This document shows positions 10,103-20,130 of a DNA stretch of 64,000 nucleotides, piece after piece. A program made the position numbers and the translations under genes. This DNA is from an uncultured Bacteroidota bacterium. Its GTDB lineage: Bacteria > Bacteroidota > Bacteroidia > Flavobacteriales > Flavobacteriaceae. The stretch spans positions 42,722-106,721 of the forward strand of contig CACMUP010000001.1 of the NCBI GenBank assembly GCA_902616905.1. The letters run 5' to 3'. The notes beneath the pieces are model-generated. The model searched no databases. It was given only the letters and a program-made list of their open reading frames with translations, and was not told where the DNA came from. Position 1 is the stretch's first letter. Each line of letters starts with the position of its first letter.

Positions 10103-11203
10103 ATGAAATATAGATCAAAAAAAGAGGCTTTCGTGCTGCTCGCTGACGGAACACAGTTTTTCGGAAAATCAATTGGAATAGAAGGAACCGCCTTTGGAGA
10201 AATCTGCTTTAATACAGGAATGACTGGATATCAAGAAATTTTTACTGATCCTTCTTATTTCGGTCAAATCATGGTAACAACAAACACACATATAGGAAAT
10301 TATGGTGTTTTAGAGAACGAATCTCAATCTAAAGGAATATCTATTTCAGGTTTAATATGTAAAGACTTTAGTTTTAATTTTTCCAGACCTTCGGGAACGG
10401 AATCCCTTTATGGTTATCTAGAGAGACATAATTTAGTTACAGTTTCTGATGTAGATACTAGAGCACTTGTAAATTATATTCGAAAAAATGGGGCAATGAA
10501 TGCTGTAATTTCTACTAAAATTGGTCAAGAAAAAAAATTGCTTAAAGAAATTTCGCAGTCACCAAGTATGGAAGGCTTAGAATTAGCTTCAAAAGTATCA
10601 ACCAAAGAGGCCTATACTTTCGGAAGTTCCAAAGCAAAATACAGAATTGCTGCTTTAGATTTAGGGATTAAGAACAATATTCTCATGAATATGGTAAAAC
10701 AAGATATGTACGTTAAAGTATTCCCATTTGACACTCCTTTTGAAAAATTAGAGGAATTTAGTCCTGACGGTTATTTTATATCAAATGGTCCTGGAGATCC
10801 AAAACCTCTTAAAAAAGCCCAAGAAGTAGCAAAGAAAATAATAAAAGAAAATAAGCCATTATTTGGAATATGTCTAGGACATCAGATAATAGCATTAGCT
10901 AACGGTATTCCAACATTTAAGATGTTTAATGGACATAGAGGAATTAATCATCCTGTTAAGAATTTAATTACCGGTAAGGGTGAAATAACATCACAAAATC
11001 ATGGATTTGCTGTAGAGATGGAAGCTGCTAAAGCAAATACAGATATTGAAATTACTCACATACATTTAAATGATGGAACTCTTGCAGGAATGAGAATGAG
11101 ACATAAAAAATGTTTTTCAGTTCAATACCATCCTGAAGCAGGTCCAGGTCCCAACGACGCAACCTATTTATTTGACATATTTAAAGAATATATTAATAAT
11201 TAA
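10103..11203 (+). CDS. carA: carbamoyl-phosphate synthase small (glutaminase) subunit
   Basis: The N-terminal CarA domain has LADGT.F.G.S.G..G.A.GE.CFNTGMTGYQEI.TDPSY.GQI. The class-I amidotransferase part has PLFGICLGHQ and YHPEA.PGP.D. Confidence 0.93.
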   Translation: MKYRSKKEAFVLLADGTQFFGKSIGIEGTAFGEICFNTGMTGYQEIFTDPSYFGQIMVTTNTHIGNYGVLENESQSKGISISGLICKDFSFNFSRPSGTESLYGYLERHNLVTVSDVDTRALVNYIRKNGAMNAVISTKIGQEKKLLKEISQSPSMEGLELASKVSTKEAYTFGSSKAKYRIAALDLGIKNNILMNMVKQDMYVKVFPFDTPFEKLEEFSPDGYFISNGPGDPKPLKKAQEVAKKIIKENKPLFGICLGHQIIALANGIPTFKMFNGHRGINHPVKNLITGKGEITSQNHGFAVEMEAAKANTDIEITHIHLNDGTLAGMRMRHKKCFSVQYHPEAGPGPNDATYLFDIFKEYINN

Positions 11204-11229
11204 GAAACCAATTTAGAATTTAAATCAAA

Positions 11230-12516
11230 ATGAGTATAATAATTAGTGTCCACGCAAGACAAATTTTTGATTCTAGAGGAAACCCAACAGTTGAAGTAGA
11301 TGTTATTACTGATAATGGAATTTTAGGAAGAGCTGCAGTTCCCTCTGGTGCATCGACAGGAGAGTATGAGGCAGTGGAGTTAAGAGATGGAGGTACCGAT
11401 TACATGGGAAAATCTGTATATAACGCTTTGGATAATGTTAATAAAATAATATCACAAGAAATTATTGGAACTTCGGTTTTTGAACAAGAATCTATTGATC
11501 ACATAATGATAAAATTGGATGGAACATCAAACAAATCAAAACTTGGTGCTAACGCGATTTTGGGAGTTTCCTTAGCCGTAGCTAAAGCAGCTGCTAATGA
11601 ATTAGGGCTACCACTTTATCGTTATGTTGGAGGTGTAAGTGCGAAAACACTTCCTGTACCAATGATGAATATTATCAACGGTGGATCACATTCTGACGCA
11701 CCTATTGCCTTTCAAGAATTTATGGTGATGCCTGTTGGTGCATCTAATTTCTCACATGCTATGCAAATGGGATCAGAGATTTTTCATAATCTTAAAAAAG
11801 TTTTACATGATCGAAACTTAAGTACAGCCGTAGGTGATGAGGGTGGTTTTGCACCTGATTTGGATGGTACTGAGGATGCATTAGAGACTATTATTAAAGC
11901 AATTAAAAATGCCGGTTATAAACCTGGTACTGATGTAATGATAGCTCTAGATTGTGCGGCTGCAGAATTTTTTAAAAATGGTATCTATGACTATACTCTT
12001 TTTGAAGGAAATAAAGGTGTTAAAAGAAATTCAGAAGAGCAAGCAAATTATTTAAATGAATTAGTAGAAAAATATCCAATTATCTCAATAGAAGACGGAA
12101 TGGATGAAAACGATTGGGAGGGTTGGAAATTCCTGACAGAAAAGACAGGTAATAAAGTTCAATTGGTTGGTGACGACCTGTTTGTCACTAATGTGGATAG
12201 GCTTTCAAAAGGTATCGAAAAAGGAATAGCTAATTCGATTTTAATTAAGGTTAATCAAATCGGAACACTTTCAGAAACTATAGCGTCAGTTGAAATGGCT
12301 CACAGAGCTGGATATACATCTGTAATGTCACACCGTTCTGGAGAGACAGAAGATAATACTATTGCTGACCTCGCTGTAGCACTTAATACTGGACAAATTA
12401 AAACGGGTTCTGTATCTAGAAGTGACAGAATGGCAAAGTATAATCAGTTACTCAGAATAGAAGAAGAGTTAAATGATTTAGCTTATTTTCCTAAAGAGAA
12501 AGCATTCAGGCATTAA
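11230..12516 (+). CDS. eno: enolase (phosphopyruvate hydratase)
   Basis: [19 protein letters not shown] near the N-terminus and the signature SHRSGETED. 428 aa. Confidence 0.97.
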   Translation: MSIIISVHARQIFDSRGNPTVEVDVITDNGILGRAAVPSGASTGEYEAVELRDGGTDYMGKSVYNALDNVNKIISQEIIGTSVFEQESIDHIMIKLDGTSNKSKLGANAILGVSLAVAKAAANELGLPLYRYVGGVSAKTLPVPMMNIINGGSHSDAPIAFQEFMVMPVGASNFSHAMQMGSEIFHNLKKVLHDRNLSTAVGDEGGFAPDLDGTEDALETIIKAIKNAGYKPGTDVMIALDCAAAEFFKNGIYDYTLFEGNKGVKRNSEEQANYLNELVEKYPIISIEDGMDENDWEGWKFLTEKTGNKVQLVGDDLFVTNVDRLSKGIEKGIANSILIKVNQIGTLSETIASVEMAHRAGYTSVMSHRSGETEDNTIADLAVALNTGQIKTGSVSRSDRMAKYNQLLRIEEELNDLAYFPKEKAFRH

Positions 12517-12541
12517 GAAAATAAATCAAAATCAATAATAA

Positions 12542-13807
12542 ATGAGCGACAGTGTAAAATTGACTTATAAAAATAAAGAATTTGTTTTTCCTATAATAGA
12601 AGGTAGTGAAAAAGAAAAAGGAATCGATATAAAGAGACTCAGGTCTCAAACAGGTTTAATTACTTATGATCCCGGATACAAAAATACAGGTTCATGTACA
12701 AGTGAAATAACATTTCTTAATGGAGAAGAAGGTATTTTAAGATACCGCGGATATTCTATTGAAGATCTTTGTGAAAAAGCAAGTTTTTTAGAGGTGGCTT
12801 ATATGCTAATTTTTGGTAATATGCCTAACAGTGTAGAATTAGATTTATTCAATAAGGAAATAAGAAATGAATCATTAGTTGATGAAGATTTAAAAACTAT
12901 TTTAAAAAGTTTTCCTAAAACAGCTCATCCAATGGGGGTTTTGTCTTCATTAACATCAGGATTAATAGCATTTAATCCAAGTTCTGTTGATATTGATTCT
13001 GACTTTGATATGCGTGAAGCTATTATTATGTTAATGGCTAAATTTCCAATTTTGTCTTCATGGACACATAGAAAAGTAAAAGGTCTTCCATTAAATTATG
13101 CAAACACCTCCCTGAGTTATGAAGATAATCTTGCACATTTATTATTTAAACTACCTCACCAGGATTACGAACCTAACCCAATAATAGTAAATGCTTTAAA
13201 TAAATTATTGATCTTACATGCTGATCATGAACAAAACTGTTCTACTTCAACTGTACGCATAGTTGGATCTTCTCATGCAGGTTTGTTTGCATCAGTATCT
13301 GCAGGAATTTCAGCTTTATGGGGGCCACTTCATGGAGGAGCAAACCAAGCGGTAATAGAGATGTTAGAAGCTATCAAATCAGATGGAGGAGATACTAAAA
13401 AATATATGAATAAAGCTAAAGATAAAAATGATCCTTTTCGCTTAATGGGTTTTGGTCATCGTGTTTACAAAAATTTTGATCCTCGAGCAAGAATAATTAA
13501 AAAAGCTGCTGACGAAGTATTAAATGAGTTAGGAGTAAACGACCCTATTCTTGATATAGCTAAAAATCTTGAGCAGGAAGCTCTAGTAGATCCTTACTTT
13601 ATTGAACGGAAGTTATATCCAAATGTAGATTTTTATTCTGGTATTATTTATAGAGCCTTAGGAATCCCAACTGAAATGTTTACTGTTATGTTTGCTCTTG
13701 GAAGACTTCCTGGGTGGATTGCTCAATGGTCTGAAATGAGAAAAAATAATGAACCAATAGGTAGACCTCGTCAAATTTATTCAGGTAAAAATCATAGAAC
13801 TTTTTAA
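12542..13807 (+). CDS. gltA: citrate synthase
   Basis: 421 aa with LHADHEQNCSTSTVR and the GFGHRVYKNFDPRA signatures of type II citrate synthase. Confidence 0.95.
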   Translation: MSDSVKLTYKNKEFVFPIIEGSEKEKGIDIKRLRSQTGLITYDPGYKNTGSCTSEITFLNGEEGILRYRGYSIEDLCEKASFLEVAYMLIFGNMPNSVELDLFNKEIRNESLVDEDLKTILKSFPKTAHPMGVLSSLTSGLIAFNPSSVDIDSDFDMREAIIMLMAKFPILSSWTHRKVKGLPLNYANTSLSYEDNLAHLLFKLPHQDYEPNPIIVNALNKLLILHADHEQNCSTSTVRIVGSSHAGLFASVSAGISALWGPLHGGANQAVIEMLEAIKSDGGDTKKYMNKAKDKNDPFRLMGFGHRVYKNFDPRARIIKKAADEVLNELGVNDPILDIAKNLEQEALVDPYFIERKLYPNVDFYSGIIYRALGIPTEMFTVMFALGRLPGWIAQWSEMRKNNEPIGRPRQIYSGKNHRTF

Positions 13808-13813
13808 AAAATT

Positions 13814-14239
13814 TTATAAATCTTCTAAATTTCGTGGAGTATTTAATACTTTATGATTATTTATTTTCCTAAAAAACTCATGAATTGAAGATTTTTCTGC
13901 TTTCACTTTTATGTAATATTGATCCTTATATATAGAATAAATTTTTGATTTTCCTTTATAAAGTTTCAATTTGAAATATGGAATTATAAGTCCATAAGTT
14001 TCCAAAAGACTCCGAAAACGAACTATCACCCCCATTGGTCTCATCTCAATACTACAGGTATTTATATTGTTATCTAGAATTAATAAATTATGGATCTCAA
14101 TTGAAGAACCGCTAATCACTAATTTCCCTGATCCAATTCCTCGCATTTTCAAACGATTTTGTAAAGAAAATGGTTTTCCTACAATATCATCAATTTCTTT
14201 TTTTTGCTTGGGATCGTTATATGAAATATTTAATAGCAT
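13814..14239 (-). CDS. hypothetical protein (141 aa)
   Basis: A clean ORF filling the gltA-argS gap, with no competing ORF on the other strand. I recognise no motif. Confidence 0.6.
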   Translation of the reverse strand: MLLNISYNDPKQKKEIDDIVGKPFSLQNRLKMRGIGSGKLVISGSSIEIHNLLILDNNINTCSIEMRPMGVIVRFRSLLETYGLIIPYFKLKLYKGKSKIYSIYKDQYYIKVKAEKSSIHEFFRKINNHKVLNTPRNLEDL

Positions 14240-14312
14240 AAAATAAAGATAAGCTATTCGTGTGGGTACTCATAATCAATTCATAATAATTATCTTTGAG
14301 ATTTATTTTAAA

Positions 14313-16097
14313 ATGGGTATAGACTACAAGGTAAATTTTACAAAAAGTTTAAGTTTTTTTTTGAAAGAAAATTATCAAGTATCTGATCTAGACTTTGAAT
14401 TTCAGACAACAAGAAAAGAATTTGAAGGTGATATAACTCTATTAATTTATCCTTTATTAAGTTTTATTAAAATTAATCCTGAAAAACTTGCTCAAGATAT
14501 TGGTGAATATTTAAATACTAATAACAAATACATAGAAAAATTTAATGTGGTTAAAGGATTCTTAAACTTAAGCCTTAGTGATTCATTTTATTTAAATGAA
14601 TTTAAAGTGATTTTCAATGAAAGTAAATATGGTCACAAACCAATTTCAAAAAAATCTTCAACAATCATGGTTGAATTTTCTTCCCCAAATACAAATAAAC
14701 CACTCCATTTAGGACATATAAGAAATAATTTACTAGGCTATTCAGTATCAAAAATCTTAGAAGCAAATGGTAATAAAGTAATAAAGACTCAAATAATTAA
14801 TGATAGAGGGATTCATATATGTAAATCTATGGTCGCATGGAAGAAATTTGGAAATGGAGAAACGCCTTTAAATTCAAAGATTAAAGGTGATCAATTAGTA
14901 GGAAAATACTATGTTGTTTTTGAAACTGAATATAAGAAAGAAATTAAGGTTTTAGTTGATAAAGGAAAATCTGAAGATTATGCTAAACAGAATGCTCCAT
15001 TGATTATTGAGGCACAGCAGATGTTAAAGTTATGGGAATCGAACGATCCTGATATTCGTTCATTATGGTTAAAAATGAACCAATGGGTTTACGATGGTTT
15101 TACTGAAACTTATAAAAAATTAGGTGTTCATTTTGACTCTTACTATTATGAAAGTGATACATACTTATTAGGAAAAAAAATAATTGATAAAGGAATAAAA
15201 AGTGGAGTTTTCTTTAAAAAAGAGGACGGATCTGTTTGGATTGATTTAACTGATGATGGTTTAGATGAAAAACTTTTATTGCGTTCAGATGGAACTTCCG
15301 TATATATGACTCAAGATCTAGGAACTGCATTTAACCGTTTAGAGGATATACCTAACTTAAACGGTATGATATATACTGTAGGAAATGAACAAGATTATCA
15401 TTTTAAGGTTTTATTTTTAATACTGCAAAAATTAGGCTTCAATTGGTCCAAATCTTTACATCATTTAAGTTATGGTATGGTAGATTTACCAAGTGGTAAG
15501 ATGAAAAGTAGAGAGGGTACAGTAGTAGATGCTGACGATCTTATTTACCAAATGACTAATAAAGCAAAAAATATTTGTGAATCATCAGGGAAAATAGAAT
15601 TTATTTCCAAAGAAAAAAAGGATAATTTATTTAATATAATAGCTTTAGGTGCATTAAAATATTATATTTTGAAAGTAGATCCAAAGAAAAGAATTTTATT
15701 TGATCCTGAAGCTTCAATTGATTTTAATGGGAATACGGGTCCTTTTATTCAATACACATATGCACGTATTAAAACCTTAATTAATAATACAGAAGAAAAA
15801 ACTCTTCCAATTGATGAGGATCTCAAGATTCAAGACAAAGAAAAGGAGTTGATAAAGCATTTAGGACGTTACCCAGAAATAATATTTCTAGCAGGTAAAC
15901 AATATAGCCCCGCTATTATTGCAAATTATTTGTATGATTTAGTGAAAAGTTATAATTCCTTTTATCAGAATATTAACATACTTAAAACAAATAATTTAAA
16001 ACTTAGAAATTTTAGAATTTCACTTTCAGAAAAAGTAGCAGAGGTAATTAAAAATGCGGCCCTTCTTCTGGGTATAGAAGTGCCGAGTAGGATGTAA
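14313..16097 (+). CDS. argS: arginine--tRNA ligase
   Basis: The track ORF starts at a GTG at 14262. The ATG at 14313 gives MGIDYKV...FQTTRKEFEGDITL. The class I HIGH region is SSPNTNKPLHLGHIRN, GKMKSREGT is KMSKS-like, and the C-terminal anticodon-binding domain ends ...PSRM. Confidence 0.93.
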   Translation: MGIDYKVNFTKSLSFFLKENYQVSDLDFEFQTTRKEFEGDITLLIYPLLSFIKINPEKLAQDIGEYLNTNNKYIEKFNVVKGFLNLSLSDSFYLNEFKVIFNESKYGHKPISKKSSTIMVEFSSPNTNKPLHLGHIRNNLLGYSVSKILEANGNKVIKTQIINDRGIHICKSMVAWKKFGNGETPLNSKIKGDQLVGKYYVVFETEYKKEIKVLVDKGKSEDYAKQNAPLIIEAQQMLKLWESNDPDIRSLWLKMNQWVYDGFTETYKKLGVHFDSYYYESDTYLLGKKIIDKGIKSGVFFKKEDGSVWIDLTDDGLDEKLLLRSDGTSVYMTQDLGTAFNRLEDIPNLNGMIYTVGNEQDYHFKVLFLILQKLGFNWSKSLHHLSYGMVDLPSGKMKSREGTVVDADDLIYQMTNKAKNICESSGKIEFISKEKKDNLFNIIALGALKYYILKVDPKKRILFDPEASIDFNGNTGPFIQYTYARIKTLINNTEEKTLPIDEDLKIQDKEKELIKHLGRYPEIIFLAGKQYSPAIIANYLYDLVKSYNSFYQNINILKTNNLKLRNFRISLSEKVAEVIKNAALLLGIEVPSRM

Positions 16098-16102
16098 AAA
16101 AA

Positions 16103-16124
16103 AATCGCTCCGAAGAGCGATTTA
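16103..16124. terminator. bidirectional hairpin terminator between convergent argS and proteorhodopsin
   Basis: AAATCGCTC (16103-16111), loop CGAA, then GAGCGATTT (16116-16124). It is flanked by an A-run on the left, which reads as a T-run for the minus-strand transcript, and by T-rich sequence on the right. Confidence 0.8.
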
Positions 16125-16157
16125 ATCTTTTTCATAACATTTTTCCTGTCCAGGAAT

Positions 16158-16883
16158 TTATTTAGATTGAATAGCTAGGTTGTATACTACTAAACCAAAT
16201 CCAATCTTATTTATAGCATCCCCAACGTTGTAAACAACATCCATTGGTAGTCCACCAAAAATTCCACTGTACCATCCTTCTGTTCCTGCCATATATCCGA
16301 TAGGATAAATAGCCCAACCAGCTAATACGAACCAACAAAGTGCTCTGTGAGCAGATTGTACTGCACCACCTGCAGAAGCTGCAAGTTTTGATGCACCACC
16401 TATCCATATTTCATAAACAATATAGAAATATGCTATACCTGAGATTAATCCCCAAACAGCAGGGCCAGATCCGGTAGTGTAGACTGCTTCACCAAAATAA
16501 CCAGCAACTAGCATTATTGTTGAAACGAAAATCATTTTCCACATTAGCTGTTTAGTTGCTCCAGCTGCTTTAAGAATTAAATAGAATTCAACACACATTA
16601 ATGGTACAGTAAGCACCCAGTCAACATATCTAAAGAATGTTGGTGAAGTAGCATTGGTTGCCCAATAGTCTCTCATATACCAATAGTGTACTGCTGCAAT
16701 GAATGTGATTAAACCTGATACCAAAATAGAAGTTTTCCATTTGCTATCAAATGAATTCATTGAAAGAAAGAAGAACGCTGATGCTGCCATCATCGCCATA
16801 CATCCTACGAAGAAAGTAAAACCTACGTAGTCATCTGTGGCCATCGCTGGCGCTACAGTCATTAAGCTTATAATTTTTTCCAT
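16158..16883 (-). CDS. proteorhodopsin, proton-pump type (DTE motif), Met at the spectral tuning site
   Basis: 241 aa and seven hydrophobic helices. Helix C reads RYVDWVLTVPLMCVEFYLIL, aligning to green proteorhodopsin D97/T101/M105/E108. Helix G reads DVVYNVGDAINKIGFG and carries the Schiff-base lysine. Confidence 0.93.
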   Translation of the reverse strand: MEKIISLMTVAPAMATDDYVGFTFFVGCMAMMAASAFFFLSMNSFDSKWKTSILVSGLITFIAAVHYWYMRDYWATNATSPTFFRYVDWVLTVPLMCVEFYLILKAAGATKQLMWKMIFVSTIMLVAGYFGEAVYTTGSGPAVWGLISGIAYFYIVYEIWIGGASKLAASAGGAVQSAHRALCWFVLAGWAIYPIGYMAGTEGWYSGIFGGLPMDVVYNVGDAINKIGFGLVVYNLAIQSK

Positions 16884-16938
16884 GATTAAATCAATTATTT
16901 ATTTTTGTTTAGGTAAATTTAGAAAAAATTAAACTTAT

Positions 16939-17862
16939 TTGCTTTATTTTTATAATTATTTTTCATTGAAAACGATAACTTGTTCATTTACAACCCTTAA
17001 TAACCTTCATTTCTCTCACTTTTTTACAATTTTTTGTGTCATTTTTTCTTGTTTTTCGTCTGATTTCCTTCAAAATCTTATTTCATCAATTGGAATATTG
17101 ACTTTTGGAATACTTCATGGAGCAAATGACTTAAAGATATTGGCAAAAAAAAATATTTCTTCAAAAAACTCAATAGCCCTACCTTTATGGCCCGTATATA
17201 TAGGAATTGTTTTTTTAGGGCTATTTATTTTTTATTTTATACCAGCAATAGCTTTATTAATATTTGTACTAGTAAGTTGTTATCACTTTGGAGAGCAACA
17301 CTTAGAAAGAAAAACGAAATTAAAAAAATTAAAATATCTTTTTTTTACTTCCTACGGTGTAATAATTTTTTCATTGTTATTTATATTTAATATCGAAAGT
17401 GTAAATAAAGTTATTTTTCAAATTGCTTCTATTCAAGTTCCCTATCACATATTTGTTTTTTTACTAATAACAAGTTTTTCTGTTTTTTTAAGCTTTTTTA
17501 TTATTGATAAAAGTTTGGTTAAAAATTTATTCCTTGAAATAGTCTTACTTTTTTTTCTAGGTATAATTTTTAATACAAGCACTTTACTTTTTGGTTTTGG
17601 ATTCTATTTTGTTATATGGCATAGTTTACCTTCGTTATCCTCTCAAATAAGATTTCTTTATAAACATGAAATTTATAATCCATATATTAAATATTTGAAA
17701 CAAGCATTTTTCTATTGGATTTTAGCTATTGCTGGATTATTTGGTTTTTATGTTTTGCGAATTGTTCCGCAAGAACAATATTTATCTATATTTTTTTCTT
17801 TTTTAGCAGGAATTACTTTTCCTCATGTAATTGTAATGGGATTAATGTTTAATTCAAACTAA
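16939..17862 (+). CDS. blh: Brp/Blh-family beta-carotene 15,15'-dioxygenase (retinal synthesis); start uncertain
   Basis: A polytopic membrane protein with the four spaced His-containing motifs of Blh: GILHGANDL, YHFGEQH, VIWHSLPS and TFPHVIVM. It is divergent from proteorhodopsin. No ATG precedes the first His motif, so the candidate starts are TTG at 16939 or 16966. Confidence 0.75.
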   Translation: MLYFYNYFSLKTITCSFTTLNNLHFSHFFTIFCVIFSCFSSDFLQNLISSIGILTFGILHGANDLKILAKKNISSKNSIALPLWPVYIGIVFLGLFIFYFIPAIALLIFVLVSCYHFGEQHLERKTKLKKLKYLFFTSYGVIIFSLLFIFNIESVNKVIFQIASIQVPYHIFVFLLITSFSVFLSFFIIDKSLVKNLFLEIVLLFFLGIIFNTSTLLFGFGFYFVIWHSLPSLSSQIRFLYKHEIYNPYIKYLKQAFFYWILAIAGLFGFYVLRIVPQEQYLSIFFSFLAGITFPHVIVMGLMFNSN

Positions 17863-17919
17863 TCAGTTATTTAGAAATTTAATTGCATTATGTACTTTTA
17901 TATAAAATAAATTATTCAA

Positions 17920-19248
17920 ATGTTTGACAACCTTAGTAGTAAATTAGAACGAGCATTTCAAGTTCTAAAAGGACACGGAAAAATTACAGAAATTAACGTA
18001 GCTGAAACTTTGAAGGAAGTTAGAAGAGCTTTACTAGATGCAGATGTTAACTTTAAAATTGCAAAAGAATTTACTGGTAGAGTTAAAGAAAAAGCACTTG
18101 GACAAAAAGTTCTCACAAGTCTTCAGCCTGGTCAATTAATGATAAAGATTGTAAAAGATGAGCTCACTGAATTAATGGGCTCAAATGCAATAGAATTAAA
18201 TTTAGAATCTAAACCTACAGTAATATTAATGTCTGGATTACAAGGGTCAGGGAAAACAACTTTTACAGGGAAATTAGCTTTACACCTTCAAAAAAAATAT
18301 AAGAAAAAACCCTTACTGGTAGCCTGTGATATTTATAGGCCAGCAGCAATTGATCAATTAAATGTAATTGCAGAACAATTGGGAGTAGATATATTTCAAG
18401 ACCGAGAAGAAAAAAATCCAGTAAAAATTGCAAAAACTGCATTAAAAATAGCAAAAAAACAAAAGAACGATGTAGTAATTATTGATACAGCAGGACGTTT
18501 AGCTATAGATAATGTTCTAATGGACGAAATCAAATCAATACATGAAACGGTCAAGCCATCAGAGACTCTTTTTGTAGTTGATTCTATGACAGGTCAAGAT
18601 GCTGTTAATACAGCTAAAGCATTTAATGAAGTTTTAAATTTTGATGGTGTTATATTAACAAAGTTAGATGGAGACACAAGAGGTGGAGCTGCACTTTCAA
18701 TTAAGTCAGTTGTTAATAAGCCCATAAAATTTATTGGTACAGGAGAAAAAATGGAAGCATTAGATGTTTTTCACCCTGATAGAATGGCTGACCGTATTTT
18801 AGGAATGGGAGACGTTGTTTCTTTAGTTGAAAGAGCTCAAGAACAATTTGATAAAGAGCAAACTAGACGTATCAATAAAAAAATTGCCAAGAATCAGTTT
18901 GGATATGATGACTTTCTCTCACAGATTCAACAGGTTAAAAAAATGGGTAATATGAAAGATTTGATGGGGATGATTCCTGGCGTTTCAAAATTGGGCAAAG
19001 ATATAGACATTGATGATGAAGCTTTCAATGGGGTTGAGGTTATAATCAATTCAATGACTCCAAAGGAACGTTCTCAACCACAAATAATGAATCATAACAG
19101 AAAAATAAGGATTGCTAAAGGTTCGGGCAAATCGTTAGATGAAGTTAATCAAATGGTAAAGCAATTTGAGCAAATGAGTAAGATGATGAAAATGATGCAA
19201 GGTGGGAAAGGTAAACACATCATACAAATGATGCAAAATATGAGATAA
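17920..19248 (+). CDS. ffh: signal recognition particle protein Ffh
   Basis: MFDNLS.KL..A...L.G.G.I.E.N... at the N-terminus. GTPase motifs are GLQGSGKTT, DTAGR and TKLDGD. The M domain is Met-rich. Confidence 0.97.
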   Translation: MFDNLSSKLERAFQVLKGHGKITEINVAETLKEVRRALLDADVNFKIAKEFTGRVKEKALGQKVLTSLQPGQLMIKIVKDELTELMGSNAIELNLESKPTVILMSGLQGSGKTTFTGKLALHLQKKYKKKPLLVACDIYRPAAIDQLNVIAEQLGVDIFQDREEKNPVKIAKTALKIAKKQKNDVVIIDTAGRLAIDNVLMDEIKSIHETVKPSETLFVVDSMTGQDAVNTAKAFNEVLNFDGVILTKLDGDTRGGAALSIKSVVNKPIKFIGTGEKMEALDVFHPDRMADRILGMGDVVSLVERAQEQFDKEQTRRINKKIAKNQFGYDDFLSQIQQVKKMGNMKDLMGMIPGVSKLGKDIDIDDEAFNGVEVIINSMTPKERSQPQIMNHNRKIRIAKGSGKSLDEVNQMVKQFEQMSKMMKMMQGGKGKHIIQMMQNMR

Positions 19249-19251
19249 ATT

Positions 19252-20130
19252 ATGATTTTACTTGATGGGAAAAAAACTTCAATCGAAATTAAAGAAGAAA
19301 TTAAAAAAACTGTAAGTGCTATCAAATTAAAAGGCGAAAGGGTTCCTCATCTTGCTGCGGTTTTAGTTGGTAATGATGGTGCAAGTTTAACATACGTTGG
19401 AAATAAAGTTCGTTCTTGTGAATATGTTGGATTTAAATCTACTTTAATTAAATTGGAAAATAACATTTCTGAAATTGATTTGTTAAAGCAAATTCAAATA
19501 TTAAATTCAGATAATACTTTAGATGGATATATTGTTCAATTACCACTCCCTAAACATATTGATGAACAAAAAGTACTACTTGCTATTGATTCTAAAAAAG
19601 ATGTTGATGGTTTTCATCCAGAAAATTTTGGGCGTATGTCGTTGGAACTGGATGCATTTGTTCCGGCAACACCTTATGGTATAATCAAGCTTTTAGAGAG
19701 ATATAAAATACCCACGGATGGTAAACACTGTCTAGTGGTTGGGCGGAGTAATATAGTTGGACGCCCAATAAGTATTTTAATGAGTCAAAAACGTATTTCT
19801 GGGAATGCAACCGTAACCTTAGCACACAGCCGTACTAAGAATTTAAAAAAATTAACAAAACAAGCTGATATAATTATAATGGCTTTAGGGATTCCAGAAT
19901 TCCTAACTTCTGACATGGTTAAAGATGATGTGTGTGTGATTGATGTTGGTATTACTCGGGTAGTTGATAAAAATAACCCTAAAGGATATGTAATTAAAGG
20001 GGATGTAGATTTTAAGGAAGTATCAAAAAAAGCTGGTTATATTACTCCAGTTCCAGGAGGAATTGGACCAATGACTATAGCTATGTTACTTCAAAATACT
20101 CTTCAAGCTAGACAGTGGAATTTATCTTAG
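19252..20130 (+). CDS. folD: bifunctional methylenetetrahydrofolate dehydrogenase/cyclohydrolase
   Basis: LDGK.....IK.E....V.....G...P.LA..LVG.D.AS..YV; VVGRSNIVGRP; PVPGGIGPMTIAMLL.NT. Confidence 0.95.
   Translation: MILLDGKKTSIEIKEEIKKTVSAIKLKGERVPHLAAVLVGNDGASLTYVGNKVRSCEYVGFKSTLIKLENNISEIDLLKQIQILNSDNTLDGYIVQLPLPKHIDEQKVLLAIDSKKDVDGFHPENFGRMSLELDAFVPATPYGIIKLLERYKIPTDGKHCLVVGRSNIVGRPISILMSQKRISGNATVTLAHSRTKNLKKLTKQADIIIMALGIPEFLTSDMVKDDVCVIDVGITRVVDKNNPKGYVIKGDVDFKEVSKKAGYITPVPGGIGPMTIAMLLQNTLQARQWNLS

Noticed and set aside
16143-16156. A small hairpin, TTCCTG-TC-CAGGAA, directly after the proteorhodopsin stop codon.
   Set aside because: A 2-nt loop is sterically unfavourable. The adjacent 9-bp GC-containing hairpin with a T-run (16103-16124) already explains termination.
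16207-17390. Alternate-frame ORFs inside the proteorhodopsin gene (16207-16407) and blh (17187-17390).
   Set aside because: Both are embedded within genes that have clear family motifs. The encoded peptides are Cys/Trp/Arg-rich or Phe/Ile-rich with no recognisable features.
20108-20130. A 23-nt convergent overlap of the folD and membrane-protein 3' ends. Further 4-nt convergent overlaps occur at 22110-22113 and 43524-43527.
   Set aside because: Short convergent 3' overlaps are common in compact genomes. They carry no evident structure or motif here.
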